Positions 9,067 through 19,321 are shown, counted from the stretch's first letter. The stretch is DNA of 64,000 nt from Vulcanimicrobiota bacterium (GCA_963695225.1 OY968762.1:512001-576000); one strand, 5' to 3'. Program-made: numbers and translations. The notes: generated by a model not told the origin, from the letters alone.

Positions 9067-10515
9067 TTATAGCCGCAAGTACTCGCGCAGGCCGGCGAGG
9101 CCGCCTTCGCGGCCTATTCCGGATTCCTTGTAGCCGCCGAACGGTGAGCTCGGGTCGAAGCGATTGAACGTGTTGCCCCAGACGACGCCCGCGGCCAAGC
9201 GTTGCGCCGTGAAGAGGCCGAGCGCCGGATCGCCCGTCCAGACTCCGGCGCTCGCACCGTAGGGAACGTTGTTCGCGCGCTCGATCGCTTCGTCGGGGGT
9301 GCGGAACGTCATCACGCATAGGACTGGGCCGCAGAGCTCCTCGCGCGCGATGCGGTACGAGGGCTCGACGTCCGTGAAGAACGAGGCGGGGAAGAAGAAG
9401 CCGCGTTCGGGGAGCGAGGCGCTCTGCTGCACGAGCGTCGCACCCTCTTCGACGCCGCTCGCGACGAGCGAGCGCAGCCGGTCGAGGTGCGCGCGCGAAT
9501 CGAGCGGCCCGATCTCCGTGTTGCGGTCGAGCGGGTTGCCGAGGCGCAGGCGTTCGATGCGCGCCGCGAGCGCGGCGACGAGCTCGGATGCGATCGACTC
9601 TTGCACGAGCAGTCGCGCACCCGCACCGCAGCCGTGCCCGCGGTTGAAGTAGATCGCGTTGACGATCCCTTCGACGCTCTGCTCGACCGGCGCGTCGTCG
9701 TAGACGATCAACGCGGCCTTTCCGCCGAGCGCGAGCGAGAGGCGTTTCCCCGTCCCGGCTAACGCGCGGCGGATCGCTTTCCCCGTCTCGGTGGATCCCG
9801 TGAAGGAGAGCTTGTCGATATCGGCGTGCTCGGCGAGCGCTGCTCCCGTGGCGGCGTCTCCCGTGACGACGTTGAGAACGCCCGGCGGGAGCTCCGCCTC
9901 GGCGGCGATCTGGGCGAGCAGCAACGCGCTGAGGGGCGTCGTTTCAGCGGGCTTGAGCACGACGGTGTTTCCGCACGCCAGCGCGGGTGCGATCTTCCAG
10001 ATTGCGAGCAGCAGCGGGAAGTTCCACGGAACGATCGCGCCGACGACGCCGAGCGGCCGCGCGCGCTCCGGAGCGCGCACCGCCCATTCCAGCTTGTCGG
10101 CCCAGCCCGCGTGATAGAACAGATGGGCGGCCGCTTGGGGGAGATCGAAATCGCGCGACTCGCGAATCGGCTTGCCGCCGTCGAGCGTCTCGACGACGGC
10201 GAGCTCGCGAGAGCGTTCGGTGAGCGCGCGGGAGAGGCGATAGAGATACTTGGCCCGTTCGCTGGGCCGCAGCTTGCGCCAGGATTTCTCGTAAGCGCGG
10301 CGCGCCGCCGCGACGGCCCGGTCCACGTCCTCGGCTTCGCCGAGAGCGACCTCCGTGAGCGGTGCTTCGGTCGCGGGATCGATCGTCGGAAACGCGCGCC
10401 CGGAAGCTGACGCGACCCAGTTCCCGCCGATGAAGTGCCCGTAGCGTTCGCGCAACGAGGCGGCGGCCGTCGATTCGAGCGACGGAGAATACGTGAAACC
10501 CGCGTCCGTCTTCAT
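9067..10515 (-). CDS. Aldehyde dehydrogenase family protein (deoC-coupled; atypical active site)
   Basis: PWNFPLL, KPAETTP, SFTGSTETG and PFGGYKESGIGRE motifs; start overlaps the deoC stop. Confidence 0.9.
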   Translation of the reverse strand: MKTDAGFTYSPSLESTAAASLRERYGHFIGGNWVASASGRAFPTIDPATEAPLTEVALGEAEDVDRAVAAARRAYEKSWRKLRPSERAKYLYRLSRALTERSRELAVVETLDGGKPIRESRDFDLPQAAAHLFYHAGWADKLEWAVRAPERARPLGVVGAIVPWNFPLLLAIWKIAPALACGNTVVLKPAETTPLSALLLAQIAAEAELPPGVLNVVTGDAATGAALAEHADIDKLSFTGSTETGKAIRRALAGTGKRLSLALGGKAALIVYDDAPVEQSVEGIVNAIYFNRGHGCGAGARLLVQESIASELVAALAARIERLRLGNPLDRNTEIGPLDSRAHLDRLRSLVASGVEEGATLVQQSASLPERGFFFPASFFTDVEPSYRIAREELCGPVLCVMTFRTPDEAIERANNVPYGASAGVWTGDPALGLFTAQRLAAGVVWGNTFNRFDPSSPFGGYKESGIGREGGLAGLREYLRL

Positions 10516-11417
10516 GCGCCGGCCACGTAGGCGGCGCCGGAGTAGGCGCCGCTCTCCTGAGTCAGATGCTGCATCACGACGTCGTCGAGCAGCGACGAGG
10601 CGCCGAAGCGCAGCCGCGCGGGATCCAGCCAGCGCGCGTCGAGCGTCTCCGCGACGATCGCGAGATAGGCCAGCGCGCTCTTCGTCGTTCGAATCCCGCC
10701 GGCGAGTTTGAGGCCGGCGACGCGCCCGGTGCGCTGCTCGAAAGCCCGCAACGCATCGCACATCAGCAGCGCGATCGGAGGCGTCGACGAGGCGGCGATC
10801 TTCCCGGTCGATGTCTTGATGAAATCGGCGCCCGCCTCAAGCGCGAGATCGCAGGCGCGACGGATCGCCGAGTACGAGCCGAGTTCGCCCGCCTCGACGA
10901 TGACTTTGAGAGCGGCGCCGCGTGCGGCGCACAATTCGCGCACGGCGGATATCTCGAATGCGACGTGCGCGTCGCGACCGGCGAGGAACGCGCCGCGATC
11001 GATCACCATATCGATTTCATCGGCGCCCGCGTCGAGCGCCGCCTGCGCATCGGCGAGCTTGACGCGCAGCGGCGATAGCCCGCTCGGAAAGGCCGTCGCG
11101 ACCGACGCGACTTTCACGGTGGAGGCGGCGAGGGTCGCTTTCGCAACCGCAACGAGCGAAGGATAGATACAGACGGCCGCGACGGGCGGCAAACCGGGGG
11201 CAGGCGCGGTCGCGCGCGCGCAGAGCGCGCGCACGCGCCCTTCGGAATCCCGCCCTTCGAGCGTGGTGAGATCGACGCAACGAACGATCAATTCGAGAGC
11301 GCGGCGCTTCGCTTCCGCCTTGATCGACCGTTTGGCAAGCTCCGCCGCGCGCGTCTCGAGCATGGCCGCATTGACGCGGGGCCGGGCCGGACGGGCGAAG
11401 CGCTGCGATGCGACCAT
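10512..11417 (-). CDS. deoC: Deoxyribose-phosphate aldolase
   Basis: DLTTLEG, VASVATAFPSG, GADEIDMVI, LKVIVE, GADFIKTSTGK, KLAGGIRT and RFGASSLL motifs. Confidence 0.93.
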   Translation of the reverse strand: MVASQRFARPARPRVNAAMLETRAAELAKRSIKAEAKRRALELIVRCVDLTTLEGRDSEGRVRALCARATAPAPGLPPVAAVCIYPSLVAVAKATLAASTVKVASVATAFPSGLSPLRVKLADAQAALDAGADEIDMVIDRGAFLAGRDAHVAFEISAVRELCAARGAALKVIVEAGELGSYSAIRRACDLALEAGADFIKTSTGKIAASSTPPIALLMCDALRAFEQRTGRVAGLKLAGGIRTTKSALAYLAIVAETLDARWLDPARLRFGASSLLDDVVMQHLTQESGAYSGAAYVAGA

Positions 11418-11486
11418 ACGGCGTCGGTTCTCCGGCGCGCGGCGCCGACCTAGCGCGAGGGCGGAAAGCGTGCCGGCTATCAAGGA

Positions 11487-12692
11487 ATGCCGGTGCGCCC
11501 CGCGAACGAGCGAGCCGTCTTGAGCAGTACCACGACCGCTTTGCGCCCGACGCTCGACGGCATTCGCGTCTTGGAGTTGGGAAGTTCCGTCGCCGGACCG
11601 AGTGCCGGGCGCCATCTCGCCGATCTGGGGGCCGAGGTCTACAAGGTCGAGCCGCCGGAGGGCGACGGCTTGCGGACGTGGGGGAAGCTCTCGCCCGACG
11701 GTACGTCGTGGTGGTTCAAGTCGCACAATCGGAACAAACGCTTCCTTTGCTTCGATCTGCATTCCGAGCGCGAACGCGCGGTCGTGCGGGAGATCGCGCT
11801 CCGCTGCGACATCCTCATCGAAAACTTCCGACCCGGCCGCATGGCGGAATGGGGGCTCGGCTACGACGAGCTGCGCACCGCGGCGCCTGGGCTCATCTAC
11901 GTCTCGATCAGCGGCTTCGGTCAGGACGGGCCGTACGCGCAACGCGCGGGCTTCGGGAACGTCGCGGAGTCGATGGGAGGCTTGCGCCATATCTCCGGGT
12001 TTGCCGAGAGCCCGCCGGTGCGCGTCGGCATCTCGATCGGCGACGAGATCGCGGGGCTCTACGCGGCCCTCGGCGCGCTCGCCGCGCTCTACGCGCGCGA
12101 GCGGACCGGTCGCGGCGATCACGTCGACGTCTCGCTGACGGAGGGCTGCTTCAGTCTGCTCGAGGGCGTCTTGCCCGAATACGGCGCAACGGGCGCCGTC
12201 CGCGAACGGATGGGGAACCGCTATCTCAGCGCCGCTCCCAGCGGCATGTACCCGACGCGCGACGGCCGCTGGATCTCGATCGGCGCGAACGCCGACGCGA
12301 TTTTCCGCCGCTTCGCCGGGCTGATCGGGCGGCCGGAACTCGCGGACGACGCGCGCTTCAGGACGAACGCGAGCCGGGTCGCGCACACGCCCGAACTCGA
12401 CTCCGTCATCGAGGTCTGGACGCTCACCGGGGACGCGAACGAGCTGACGGAGCGCCTGAACGCCGCGGGCGTTCCGGCGGGGCCGGTGAACTCGATCGCC
12501 GATATCGCTGCGGACCGTCAATTCGCCGCGCGCGGCGCGATCGCGCGGATTCCGGACGATGCCGGGCGCCCGGTCGCGACGCCCGCCCCGGTGCCGCGCT
12601 TTCGCGAGCGGCCGAGCCGGCTCGAGCGGGCGGCGGCGTCGATCGGCGCCGATACGGCGGCGATCTTGCGCGAGCTCGGCCTCGAACGCTAG
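11487..12692 (+). CDS. CaiB/BaiF family (class III) CoA transferase
   Basis: AGP..LADLGAEVYKVE, NRNKR, ENFRPG, ISGFGQDGPY and IGDEIAG motifs; start may be the TTG at 11520. Confidence 0.92.
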   Translation: MPVRPANERAVLSSTTTALRPTLDGIRVLELGSSVAGPSAGRHLADLGAEVYKVEPPEGDGLRTWGKLSPDGTSWWFKSHNRNKRFLCFDLHSERERAVVREIALRCDILIENFRPGRMAEWGLGYDELRTAAPGLIYVSISGFGQDGPYAQRAGFGNVAESMGGLRHISGFAESPPVRVGISIGDEIAGLYAALGALAALYARERTGRGDHVDVSLTEGCFSLLEGVLPEYGATGAVRERMGNRYLSAAPSGMYPTRDGRWISIGANADAIFRRFAGLIGRPELADDARFRTNASRVAHTPELDSVIEVWTLTGDANELTERLNAAGVPAGPVNSIADIAADRQFAARGAIARIPDDAGRPVATPAPVPRFRERPSRLERAAASIGADTAAILRELGLER

Positions 12693-13201
12693 CCCGCGAA
12701 CTCCTGGACGACGATCAATTCGGGGCCGTCGGTGGCGACCGCGGCGATGCCGACGCGGGCGTAGTGCGGATCGAGGATGTTGCGGCGGTGCGCCTCGCTT
12801 TCCATCAGCGCGCGCTCGGCTGAGGGACGGTCCGCGTTGAGAGCGATGTTCTCGCCCGCGTAAACGAAGGCGTAGTCCGCCTCGCGCATACGGTCGTACG
12901 GAGACTCACCCTCCGGCGTGGTGTGCGAAACGTAGCGCCTGGCCAGCATGTCGCGGGCGTGGCTTCGGGCGAGCCCGCAGAGCCGCTCGTCGAGGACGAG
13001 CGCCCCGAGCCCGCGGGCGCGGCGCGCGGCGTTGATGTCGTCGAAGATCGCCCGCTCGTCGGCGGGGTGCACGTCGGCGCGCGTGGTCGCGAACGCGAGT
13101 GCGACGATCGGATCGCTCGCGACGACCGGCCCCGTCAGTAACGGGGCCTGCAACGCGGCCACGAGGCCGAGCGACTGAAATGCAAAAGTGAGCGCAAACA
13201 C
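12689..13201 (-). CDS. CAP/SCP domain secreted protein
   Basis: INAAR, ARSHARDM, HTTPEG, GENIA and SEAHRRNIL motifs; hydrophobic N-terminus. Confidence 0.88.
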   Translation of the reverse strand: MFALTFAFQSLGLVAALQAPLLTGPVVASDPIVALAFATTRADVHPADERAIFDDINAARRARGLGALVLDERLCGLARSHARDMLARRYVSHTTPEGESPYDRMREADYAFVYAGENIALNADRPSAERALMESEAHRRNILDPHYARVGIAAVATDGPELIVVQEFAG

Positions 13202-13291
13202 GGCATCCGAGCCTCTGGTGCGAGATCCGTCCCTCTCGTTATCGGAAGGATCCGCCGGGGGCCGGGGCCCGCGCCGCGAGTGTGCGCTAGA

Positions 13292-14404
13292 TCACAGTGC
13301 GTGCCGTTGCCGCTGCTGCTCTTCGATCGCGACGAAGAGCGCCTTGAAATTCCCCTTTCCGAAGGAGAGGCTTCCCTTGCGCTGGATGATCTCGAAGAAG
13401 AGCGTCGGGCGGTCGCCGAGCGGCTTCGTGAAGATCTGGAGCATGTAGCCGAGATCGTCGCGGTCGACCAGCACGTTCAGTTCGCGCAGGACGTCCGTAG
13501 CCTCCGCGATCTTCCCGACGCGCGCTTCGAGCGCATCGTAATACGAGGGCGGCGTTTCGAGGAAGTCGACGCCGTTCGCGCGGAGCGCTCGAACTGCCGT
13601 GACGATGTCGCCCGTTTCGAGCGCGACGTGTTGTACGCCGGGGCCGCCGTACGAGTCGAGATACTCCTCGATCTGCGAGCGCTTCTTGCCTCGCGCGGGC
13701 TCGTTGATGGGGAACTTGATCCTGCGCTGCGCGTCCGACATCACCTTCGAGCGAAGGGCCGTGTACTCGGTCGAGATGTCGCGATCGTCGAACGAGGCGA
13801 GCTGGGAGAAGCCGAACGCGCGCTCGTAATATGCCGCCCACGGCTCCATCTCGTCCCAGCCGACGTTGCCGACGCAGTGATCGACGTCGCGCAAGCCGGG
13901 CGCGTGCGCTGCGCGAACCGTGCCGCCGCAGGCCCGGAATCCGGGGAGGAAGACGCCGCGGTACGTCTCGCGTTCGACGAACGTGTGGACCGTGTCTCCG
14001 TACGTCGCGACCGAGGCCGTGCGGCACACGCCGTGCGCGTCGCGCGATTCCTCCGGCGCGGCGACGGGCGACGCGCCGCCGGCGACGGCTGCCTCGAAGG
14101 CCGCCCGCGCGTCCCGGACGCGCAGCGCGACGTCGCGAATGCCGTCACCGTGCCGGCGCACGTGCTCGGCGATCGGGCCCTCGGAACGAAGGCTCGACGT
14201 CAGCACGAAACGCAGCCGCTGTTGCGCGAGGACGTACGACACGCGATCGGCTACGCCGGTCTCGGGCCCCGCGTACGCGATCGGCTCGAAGCCGAAGGTG
14301 CTCGAGTAATAGTGCGCCGCTTGTTTCGCGTTGCCGACGTAGAACTCGATGTGGTGCCAGTCCATCTGCGCGAGCACGTTGCCCGCCGGCGCGGTCGTCG
14401 TCAT
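13292..14404 (-). CDS. hppD: 4-hydroxyphenylpyruvate dioxygenase
   Basis: HIEFYVGNAKQAAHYY, DHCVGNV, PINEP, SQIEEY, GVQHVAL, LQIFTKP and FGKGNFKALF motifs. Confidence 0.96.
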   Translation of the reverse strand: MTTTAPAGNVLAQMDWHHIEFYVGNAKQAAHYYSSTFGFEPIAYAGPETGVADRVSYVLAQQRLRFVLTSSLRSEGPIAEHVRRHGDGIRDVALRVRDARAAFEAAVAGGASPVAAPEESRDAHGVCRTASVATYGDTVHTFVERETYRGVFLPGFRACGGTVRAAHAPGLRDVDHCVGNVGWDEMEPWAAYYERAFGFSQLASFDDRDISTEYTALRSKVMSDAQRRIKFPINEPARGKKRSQIEEYLDSYGGPGVQHVALETGDIVTAVRALRANGVDFLETPPSYYDALEARVGKIAEATDVLRELNVLVDRDDLGYMLQIFTKPLGDRPTLFFEIIQRKGSLSFGKGNFKALFVAIEEQQRQRHAL

Positions 14405-14499
14405 GCGTCGCCAGCCTTTCGCCCCCGTGCGCGCAGCCTCGACCGGCGCGGGGACACATCGTTCGCGGCGCGCGCGGAAGAATCCGCGCCTGCGCGGCT

Positions 14500-15201
14500 C
14501 TAGTCGCGGAGCGAACCGGCCTCCTCAGCCTCCTCGAGGGAGCTTTCGTGCCCTGTCTCCATAGCAGCGCCGGTGGTTTCCCGCAGGTCGATCAGGGCGG
14601 GGATTGCGGGCAAATCGAGATTCGCGCGGATCATGTTGATCAGGATGCAACCCTGCTCGATTGCGTCATCGAGCGCGACGTGCGTGTGCGGCAGGTTCGC
14701 GTCGATCCAATCCGGCGGGTATTGGCGCTTGCCGACCTGGCGGTATTGGCGCTTCATGACCGCCGCGGCGTAGCTGCGCAGATCGAGGCTCGCGAACCCG
14801 ACGGGGCTCTCTCCCAGCTCTCGCTGGAAATAGTAGTAGATGAACGTGAAATCGAAACCGCTCGGCGCCCCGCAGACGATCGGCCGGCCGTAGCGCCGCA
14901 GATCCGCGAGCCAGGTGCGGCAATCGGCCATCGCGAGGTACGGCGAAACGGGGTTCTCGCGACACTTGCGATACGCCGCCGCGTTCTCGGGGCGGGCCCA
15001 CCAGGCCATGGTGCGATCGTCGACTTGCGCTCCGGAGAGCGGCTCGAGGTTGCGTTCGAACGTCGCGACGAGTTGTTTTTCGAGCGTGAAGGCGGCCATG
15101 CCGAAGCTCAACATCGAGAAGAGTCCGGGACATGGGCCGTCCGCTTCAATGTCGAGCGAAACGTAGAGTTCGGGTAGAGTCGGCGATTCTTTGCGGATAA
15201 T
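14500..15201 (-). CDS. DEDD 3'-5' exoribonuclease (Rv2179c/RNase AS-like); start uncertain, probably non-canonical
   Basis: YVSLDIEADGP, GFDF and HTHVALDDAIEQ motifs; no in-frame ATG/GTG/TTG in the intergenic gap, so ATT at 15201 is tentative. Confidence 0.75.
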   Translation of the reverse strand: MIRKESPTLPELYVSLDIEADGPCPGLFSMLSFGMAAFTLEKQLVATFERNLEPLSGAQVDDRTMAWWARPENAAAYRKCRENPVSPYLAMADCRTWLADLRRYGRPIVCGAPSGFDFTFIYYYFQRELGESPVGFASLDLRSYAAAVMKRQYRQVGKRQYPPDWIDANLPHTHVALDDAIEQGCILINMIRANLDLPAIPALIDLRETTGAAMETGHESSLEEAEEAGSLRD

Positions 15202-15295
15202 GCCCGGTTGTTTGCAGGCGCGCGCCCGGGTTTCCCGCCGCGAGTTCGAACGGCGTAAGGGAAATCGCCGCGCCCTGCGCCGAATTCGACAGGTG

Positions 15296-16564
15296 ATGCG
15301 ATCTTGGATCGAGGTTCCCCCGGGAAGCGATTTTCCGCTCGAGAACCTTCCGTACGGGGCCTTCCGGCGGCCCGGCGAGACGGCGCCGCGGATCGGCGTC
15401 GCGATCGGCACGCGCATCCTCGATCTGCGCTTCGTCGCCCAAAGCGGGTTGCTGCGCGAGACCTTGCCGAATGCCGTCGAGATCTTCTCGCAGCCGACGC
15501 TCAACGCGTTCATCGCGCTCGGGGAGGCCGCTTGGCAAGCGACGCGGGCGCGTTTGACGGCGCTGCTCTCCGCGGGCAACGGCGAACTGCTCGACGCGGG
15601 GATTGCCGGGGCGGCGCTCGCCTCGCAGGAGACGGCAACGCTCTCGCTCCCGGTCGACGTGACCGATTACGTCGACTTCTACTCGTCGCTCGACCATGCG
15701 GTCAACCTCGGCACGATCTTGCGCCCGGGGACGGAGCCGCTGACCCCGAATTGGCGCTGGCTTCCGTTGGGGTATCACGGGCGCGCCGGGAGCGTCGTCT
15801 CCGGCGGGACGCCGATCGCGCGGCCACGCGGGCAGATGACGAGCCGCGAAGAGTCCCGGCCGCGCTTCGGTCCGTCGCGCATGCTGGATTTTGAAGTGGA
15901 GCTAGGCTTCATCACGGGGAACGGCCCGGCGCTCGGAACGGCGATTCCGGTCGCCGAGGCGGAACGCGCGATCTTCGGCGTCGTCCTGCTCAACGATTGG
16001 AGCGCGCGCGACCTTCAAGCGTGGGAAGCGCAGCCGCTCGGGCCGTTCCTTTCGAAATCGTTCGCGACCTCGATCTCGCCGTGGATCGTCCCGTTCGCCG
16101 CGCTCGCGCCGTTCCGCGTCGCGGGACCGGTCCAGGAACCCGAACCGCTTCCGTATCTCACGACGCGCGGCGAGCGCGCCTTCGACATCGCCCTTACTGC
16201 GACGCTGTCTTCGGGCGAGATGAACGTGCGCGGCTTCGCTCCCTTGGAGATCGCGCGCACGAACGCACGCACGTTGTACTGGAGCTTCGCGCAGCAGCTC
16301 GCGCATTTGACGAGTAACGGCGGGCGCGTGCGCGCCGGCGGCCTGTGCGGAACGGGGACGATCTCGGGGGCGGACCCCGGGAGTTTCGGCAGCATGCTCG
16401 AGCTGACGTGGCGCGGCGCCCGGTCGCTCGAGTTACCCGACGGGTCGCAACGCGCGTTCCTCGAGGACGGCGACACGGTCGTCATCCGGGGCCGGTGCGA
16501 GCGGGAGGGCGGGCCGTCGCTCGGCTTCGGGGAGTTGAGCGGGACGATTCTGCCGAGCCGCTGA
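15296..16564 (+). CDS. fahA: Fumarylacetoacetase
   Basis: SDFPLENLPYG, DYVDFYSS, YHGRAGS, LDFEVE, NDWSARDLQAWE, PLGPF and GTISG motifs. Confidence 0.95.
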   Translation: MRSWIEVPPGSDFPLENLPYGAFRRPGETAPRIGVAIGTRILDLRFVAQSGLLRETLPNAVEIFSQPTLNAFIALGEAAWQATRARLTALLSAGNGELLDAGIAGAALASQETATLSLPVDVTDYVDFYSSLDHAVNLGTILRPGTEPLTPNWRWLPLGYHGRAGSVVSGGTPIARPRGQMTSREESRPRFGPSRMLDFEVELGFITGNGPALGTAIPVAEAERAIFGVVLLNDWSARDLQAWEAQPLGPFLSKSFATSISPWIVPFAALAPFRVAGPVQEPEPLPYLTTRGERAFDIALTATLSSGEMNVRGFAPLEIARTNARTLYWSFAQQLAHLTSNGGRVRAGGLCGTGTISGADPGSFGSMLELTWRGARSLELPDGSQRAFLEDGDTVVIRGRCEREGGPSLGFGELSGTILPSR

Positions 16565-16569
16565 GCGCT

Positions 16570-16788
16570 TCAGCGCTCGCGGTCCGCGGCCTTGCACTCG
16601 TCGCGAAACGCGATCTTGCCGTGCGTCCCGTCGCAAAACGGCTTCGTCGAGGATGCGCCGCACCGGCAAAGCGCGACGTTGCCGCGCGGATCGGCGGAAA
16701 ACGCATGCCCCTCCGCGTCGACGAGCGTGACGGGGCCGGTGACGAGATAGGGGCCGTTGACGCGGACTTTGATCCTGACCTCGGACAT
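16570..16788 (-). CDS. CDGSH iron-sulfur domain protein
   Basis: NGPYLV and LCRCGASSTKPFCDGTH motifs; SD GGAGGG upstream. Confidence 0.92.
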   Translation of the reverse strand: MSEVRIKVRVNGPYLVTGPVTLVDAEGHAFSADPRGNVALCRCGASSTKPFCDGTHGKIAFRDECKAADRER

Positions 16789-16808
16789 CGCTGCTCCCTC
16801 CGGAACGC

Positions 16809-17543
16809 TCACTCGCTGACCGTGCCGCCGAGATAGATCGCCTGAACGCGCTCGTCTTGCGCCAGCCGCCGCGCTGGGCCTTCCAGCGCGATCGTCCCGC
16901 TTTCGAGAACGTACGCCCGGTCGGCGTGCTCGAGCGTCAGATAAGCGTTCTGCTCGACGAGCAAGATCGCGGTCCCCGCGCGGCGCAGGTCCGCGAGGAT
17001 CGCGAAGATCTTCGCGACGATCTGCGGCGCAAGACCCGTGGAGGGCTCGTCGAGCACGAGCAGCTTCGGGCGCGCCATGAGCGCCCGCGCGATCGCCAGC
17101 ATCTGCTGCTCGCCGCCGGAGAGCGAGAAGGCCGTCGCATGGCGGCGGTCGCGGAGCGCCGGGAAGCGCTCGTACATCGCGTCGCAATCGGCGTCGACCG
17201 CCTGGCGCGGACGGCCGTACGCCCCCAGGCGGATGTTGTCTTCGACGCTGAGCTCGCTGAAGAGCTGGCGGCCTTCGGGGACCTGCGAGAGCCCCGCCGC
17301 GACGATGCGCTCGGGCGCGACCGTGCTCAAGTCGCGCCCTTCGAACGCGACCGAGCCGCCGGTCACCTGCGCCTCGAAGCGGGAGATCGCGCGCAAGAGC
17401 GTCGACTTTCCGGCGCCGTTCGGTCCGAGGACCGCGACCAGCTCGCCGGGGAAGACGTCGAGCGAAATGCCGCGCAGGACCTCGAGCCCGCCGTATCCGG
17501 CGCGCAGGGAGCGAACGGCGAGCAACGGCGCCGGTTCGCTCAC
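16809..17543 (-). CDS. Branched-chain amino acid-type ABC ATPase (LivF-like)
   Basis: GPNGAGKST, VPEGRQLF, LSGGEQQMLAIARAL, DEPS.GLAP and VEQN motifs. Confidence 0.92.
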   Translation of the reverse strand: MSEPAPLLAVRSLRAGYGGLEVLRGISLDVFPGELVAVLGPNGAGKSTLLRAISRFEAQVTGGSVAFEGRDLSTVAPERIVAAGLSQVPEGRQLFSELSVEDNIRLGAYGRPRQAVDADCDAMYERFPALRDRRHATAFSLSGGEQQMLAIARALMARPKLLVLDEPSTGLAPQIVAKIFAILADLRRAGTAILLVEQNAYLTLEHADRAYVLESGTIALEGPARRLAQDERVQAIYLGGTVSE

Positions 17544-19321
17544 GAGGCGTTCGTCCCCAAATACGCGGAGACGACCTCGGCATCGCCGCGCACGGCGGCG
17601 GCGCTCCCGTCGGCGATCAACTTGCCGAACTTGAGGACCATCACGCGGTCGCTGATCTCCATCACGAGGCGCATGTCGTGCTCGATCAGCAAGAGCGTCA
17701 CTCCCTGCGAGCGCAGCGCGAGCAGATCCGCCTTGAGGCGCTCCCGTTCGCTCGCGTTGAGCCCGGCCGCCGGCTCGTCGAGGAGCAGCAAGCCGGGCTC
17801 GGCCGCGAGCGCGCGCGCGAGTTCGACGCGCCGCCGGTCTCCGAACGCGAGATCCTGCGCGCGGACGCCGGCGAGCCGCTCGAGACCGAGGACGCCGAGC
17901 GCGCGCCGCGCGCGCTCGAACGCGGAGCGAGAACTCGCCGAGGCGGCGGGCAGGCCGAGCGCCTCGGCGGCAAACGAACTCGTCTCGCGCCGGAACGCGC
18001 CGACGACGACGTTCTCCAGAACCGTCATCTCTCCGAACAGCCGCGCGTTTTGAAACGTGCGCCCGACGCCGAGCGCGGCGACGGCGTGCGGCCGGCGGTT
18101 CGTCATCGTGCGCCCGGCGATCGTGATGCGCCCTTCGTTCACGGTGCCGACGCCGCAGATCGCGTTGAACAGCGTGGTCTTCCCCGCGCCGTTCGGACCG
18201 ATCAGCGACGTCAAGGTTCCGTTCTCGAGCGCGAACGAAACGCCGTCGACGGCGACGAGGCCGCCGAAGCGCTTCGTGACGCGCTCGACGGAGAGCCACG
18301 GGACGAGCGCCGGCGCGCGCACCGTTGCGGAGCCTGCCGCTTGGGCGGGGACGGGATCTCCGGCCGGTTCGGCCCGCTTCGCTCGTGCAGCCTTGCGCGG
18401 GTTCGAAAACAGACCCACGAGCCCGCGCGGGAAGAAGATCACGACGACGATCACGACGATGCCGTAGATGACGGGGCGCCAGTTCTCCCAATCGTGCCCG
18501 TAGATGTTCGTGATCCCGATCAGCAGCGCGCCGACGATCGCGCCGCTCACGCCGCCGGTGCCCCCGAGCACGGCCATCAGGAGCAGGTCGATCGAAAGGT
18601 TGACGCCGACGGCATCGGGGACGACGAGCCCCAGATACCCGACGTAGATCGTCCCGGCAAAACCCGCGAGCGCCCCGGCATACGCGAACGCGAGGATCTT
18701 GTACGCGCGGGTCGGGACGCCGAGGACTTCAGCCGCGAGTTCGTCGTTGCGAATCGCTTCGAAAGCGCGCCCGGTACGGTGTCGCAGCAGGTTCGCCGTC
18801 GAGAACGCGCAGAGCCCGAGCCCGGTCCAGGCGAACCAGAACGCGGCGTTTCCGCTGATCGTGAGGGGACCGAACTGCGGGAACGGGACGTTCGTGAGCC
18901 CGCTCGCCCCTCCGAAGAGCGGCGATTCGTGGAAGACGCCGGCGACGATCAGGCCGAACGTCAACGTCGCCATCGCCAGATAGTGGCCGCGAAAACGGAG
19001 GGCGATCGAGCCGAGAAGCAGGCCGAAGGCGGCCGCGAGCGCGACGGCCGCCGCGGCCGCCGCCGCCCACGGCCAGTTCTGCGCCGTCGTGAGATAGGCG
19101 AGCGCGTACGCGCCGATCGCGAAGAAGCCGGCCTGGCCGACGGATATCTGCGCGACGTTCCCGAGCAGGACGGAGAGTCCGATCGCGGCGATGCCGTAGA
19201 TCGCGGCGTACGTCCCCGCTTGGATCAAGGTCGCGTCGCGCGCTGCGAGGAGGCCGAACGCGACGACGGCCGCCGCGAGAAAGGGGTAGAGGCGCGCGTC
19301 GGCGCGTACGCGTGCGATCAA
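17540..19321 (-). CDS. Fused LivM-like permease / LivG-like ATPase
   Basis: N-terminal TM region with RFRGHYLAMATL and AIRNDELAA; C-terminal GPNGAGKTT, RTFQN, DEPAAG and IEHDM; TTG start overlaps the livH stop. Confidence 0.9.
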   Translation of the reverse strand: MIARVRADARLYPFLAAAVVAFGLLAARDATLIQAGTYAAIYGIAAIGLSVLLGNVAQISVGQAGFFAIGAYALAYLTTAQNWPWAAAAAAAVALAAAFGLLLGSIALRFRGHYLAMATLTFGLIVAGVFHESPLFGGASGLTNVPFPQFGPLTISGNAAFWFAWTGLGLCAFSTANLLRHRTGRAFEAIRNDELAAEVLGVPTRAYKILAFAYAGALAGFAGTIYVGYLGLVVPDAVGVNLSIDLLLMAVLGGTGGVSGAIVGALLIGITNIYGHDWENWRPVIYGIVVIVVVIFFPRGLVGLFSNPRKAARAKRAEPAGDPVPAQAAGSATVRAPALVPWLSVERVTKRFGGLVAVDGVSFALENGTLTSLIGPNGAGKTTLFNAICGVGTVNEGRITIAGRTMTNRRPHAVAALGVGRTFQNARLFGEMTVLENVVVGAFRRETSSFAAEALGLPAASASSRSAFERARRALGVLGLERLAGVRAQDLAFGDRRRVELARALAAEPGLLLLDEPAAGLNASERERLKADLLALRSQGVTLLLIEHDMRLVMEISDRVMVLKFGKLIADGSAAAVRGDAEVVSAYLGTNAS

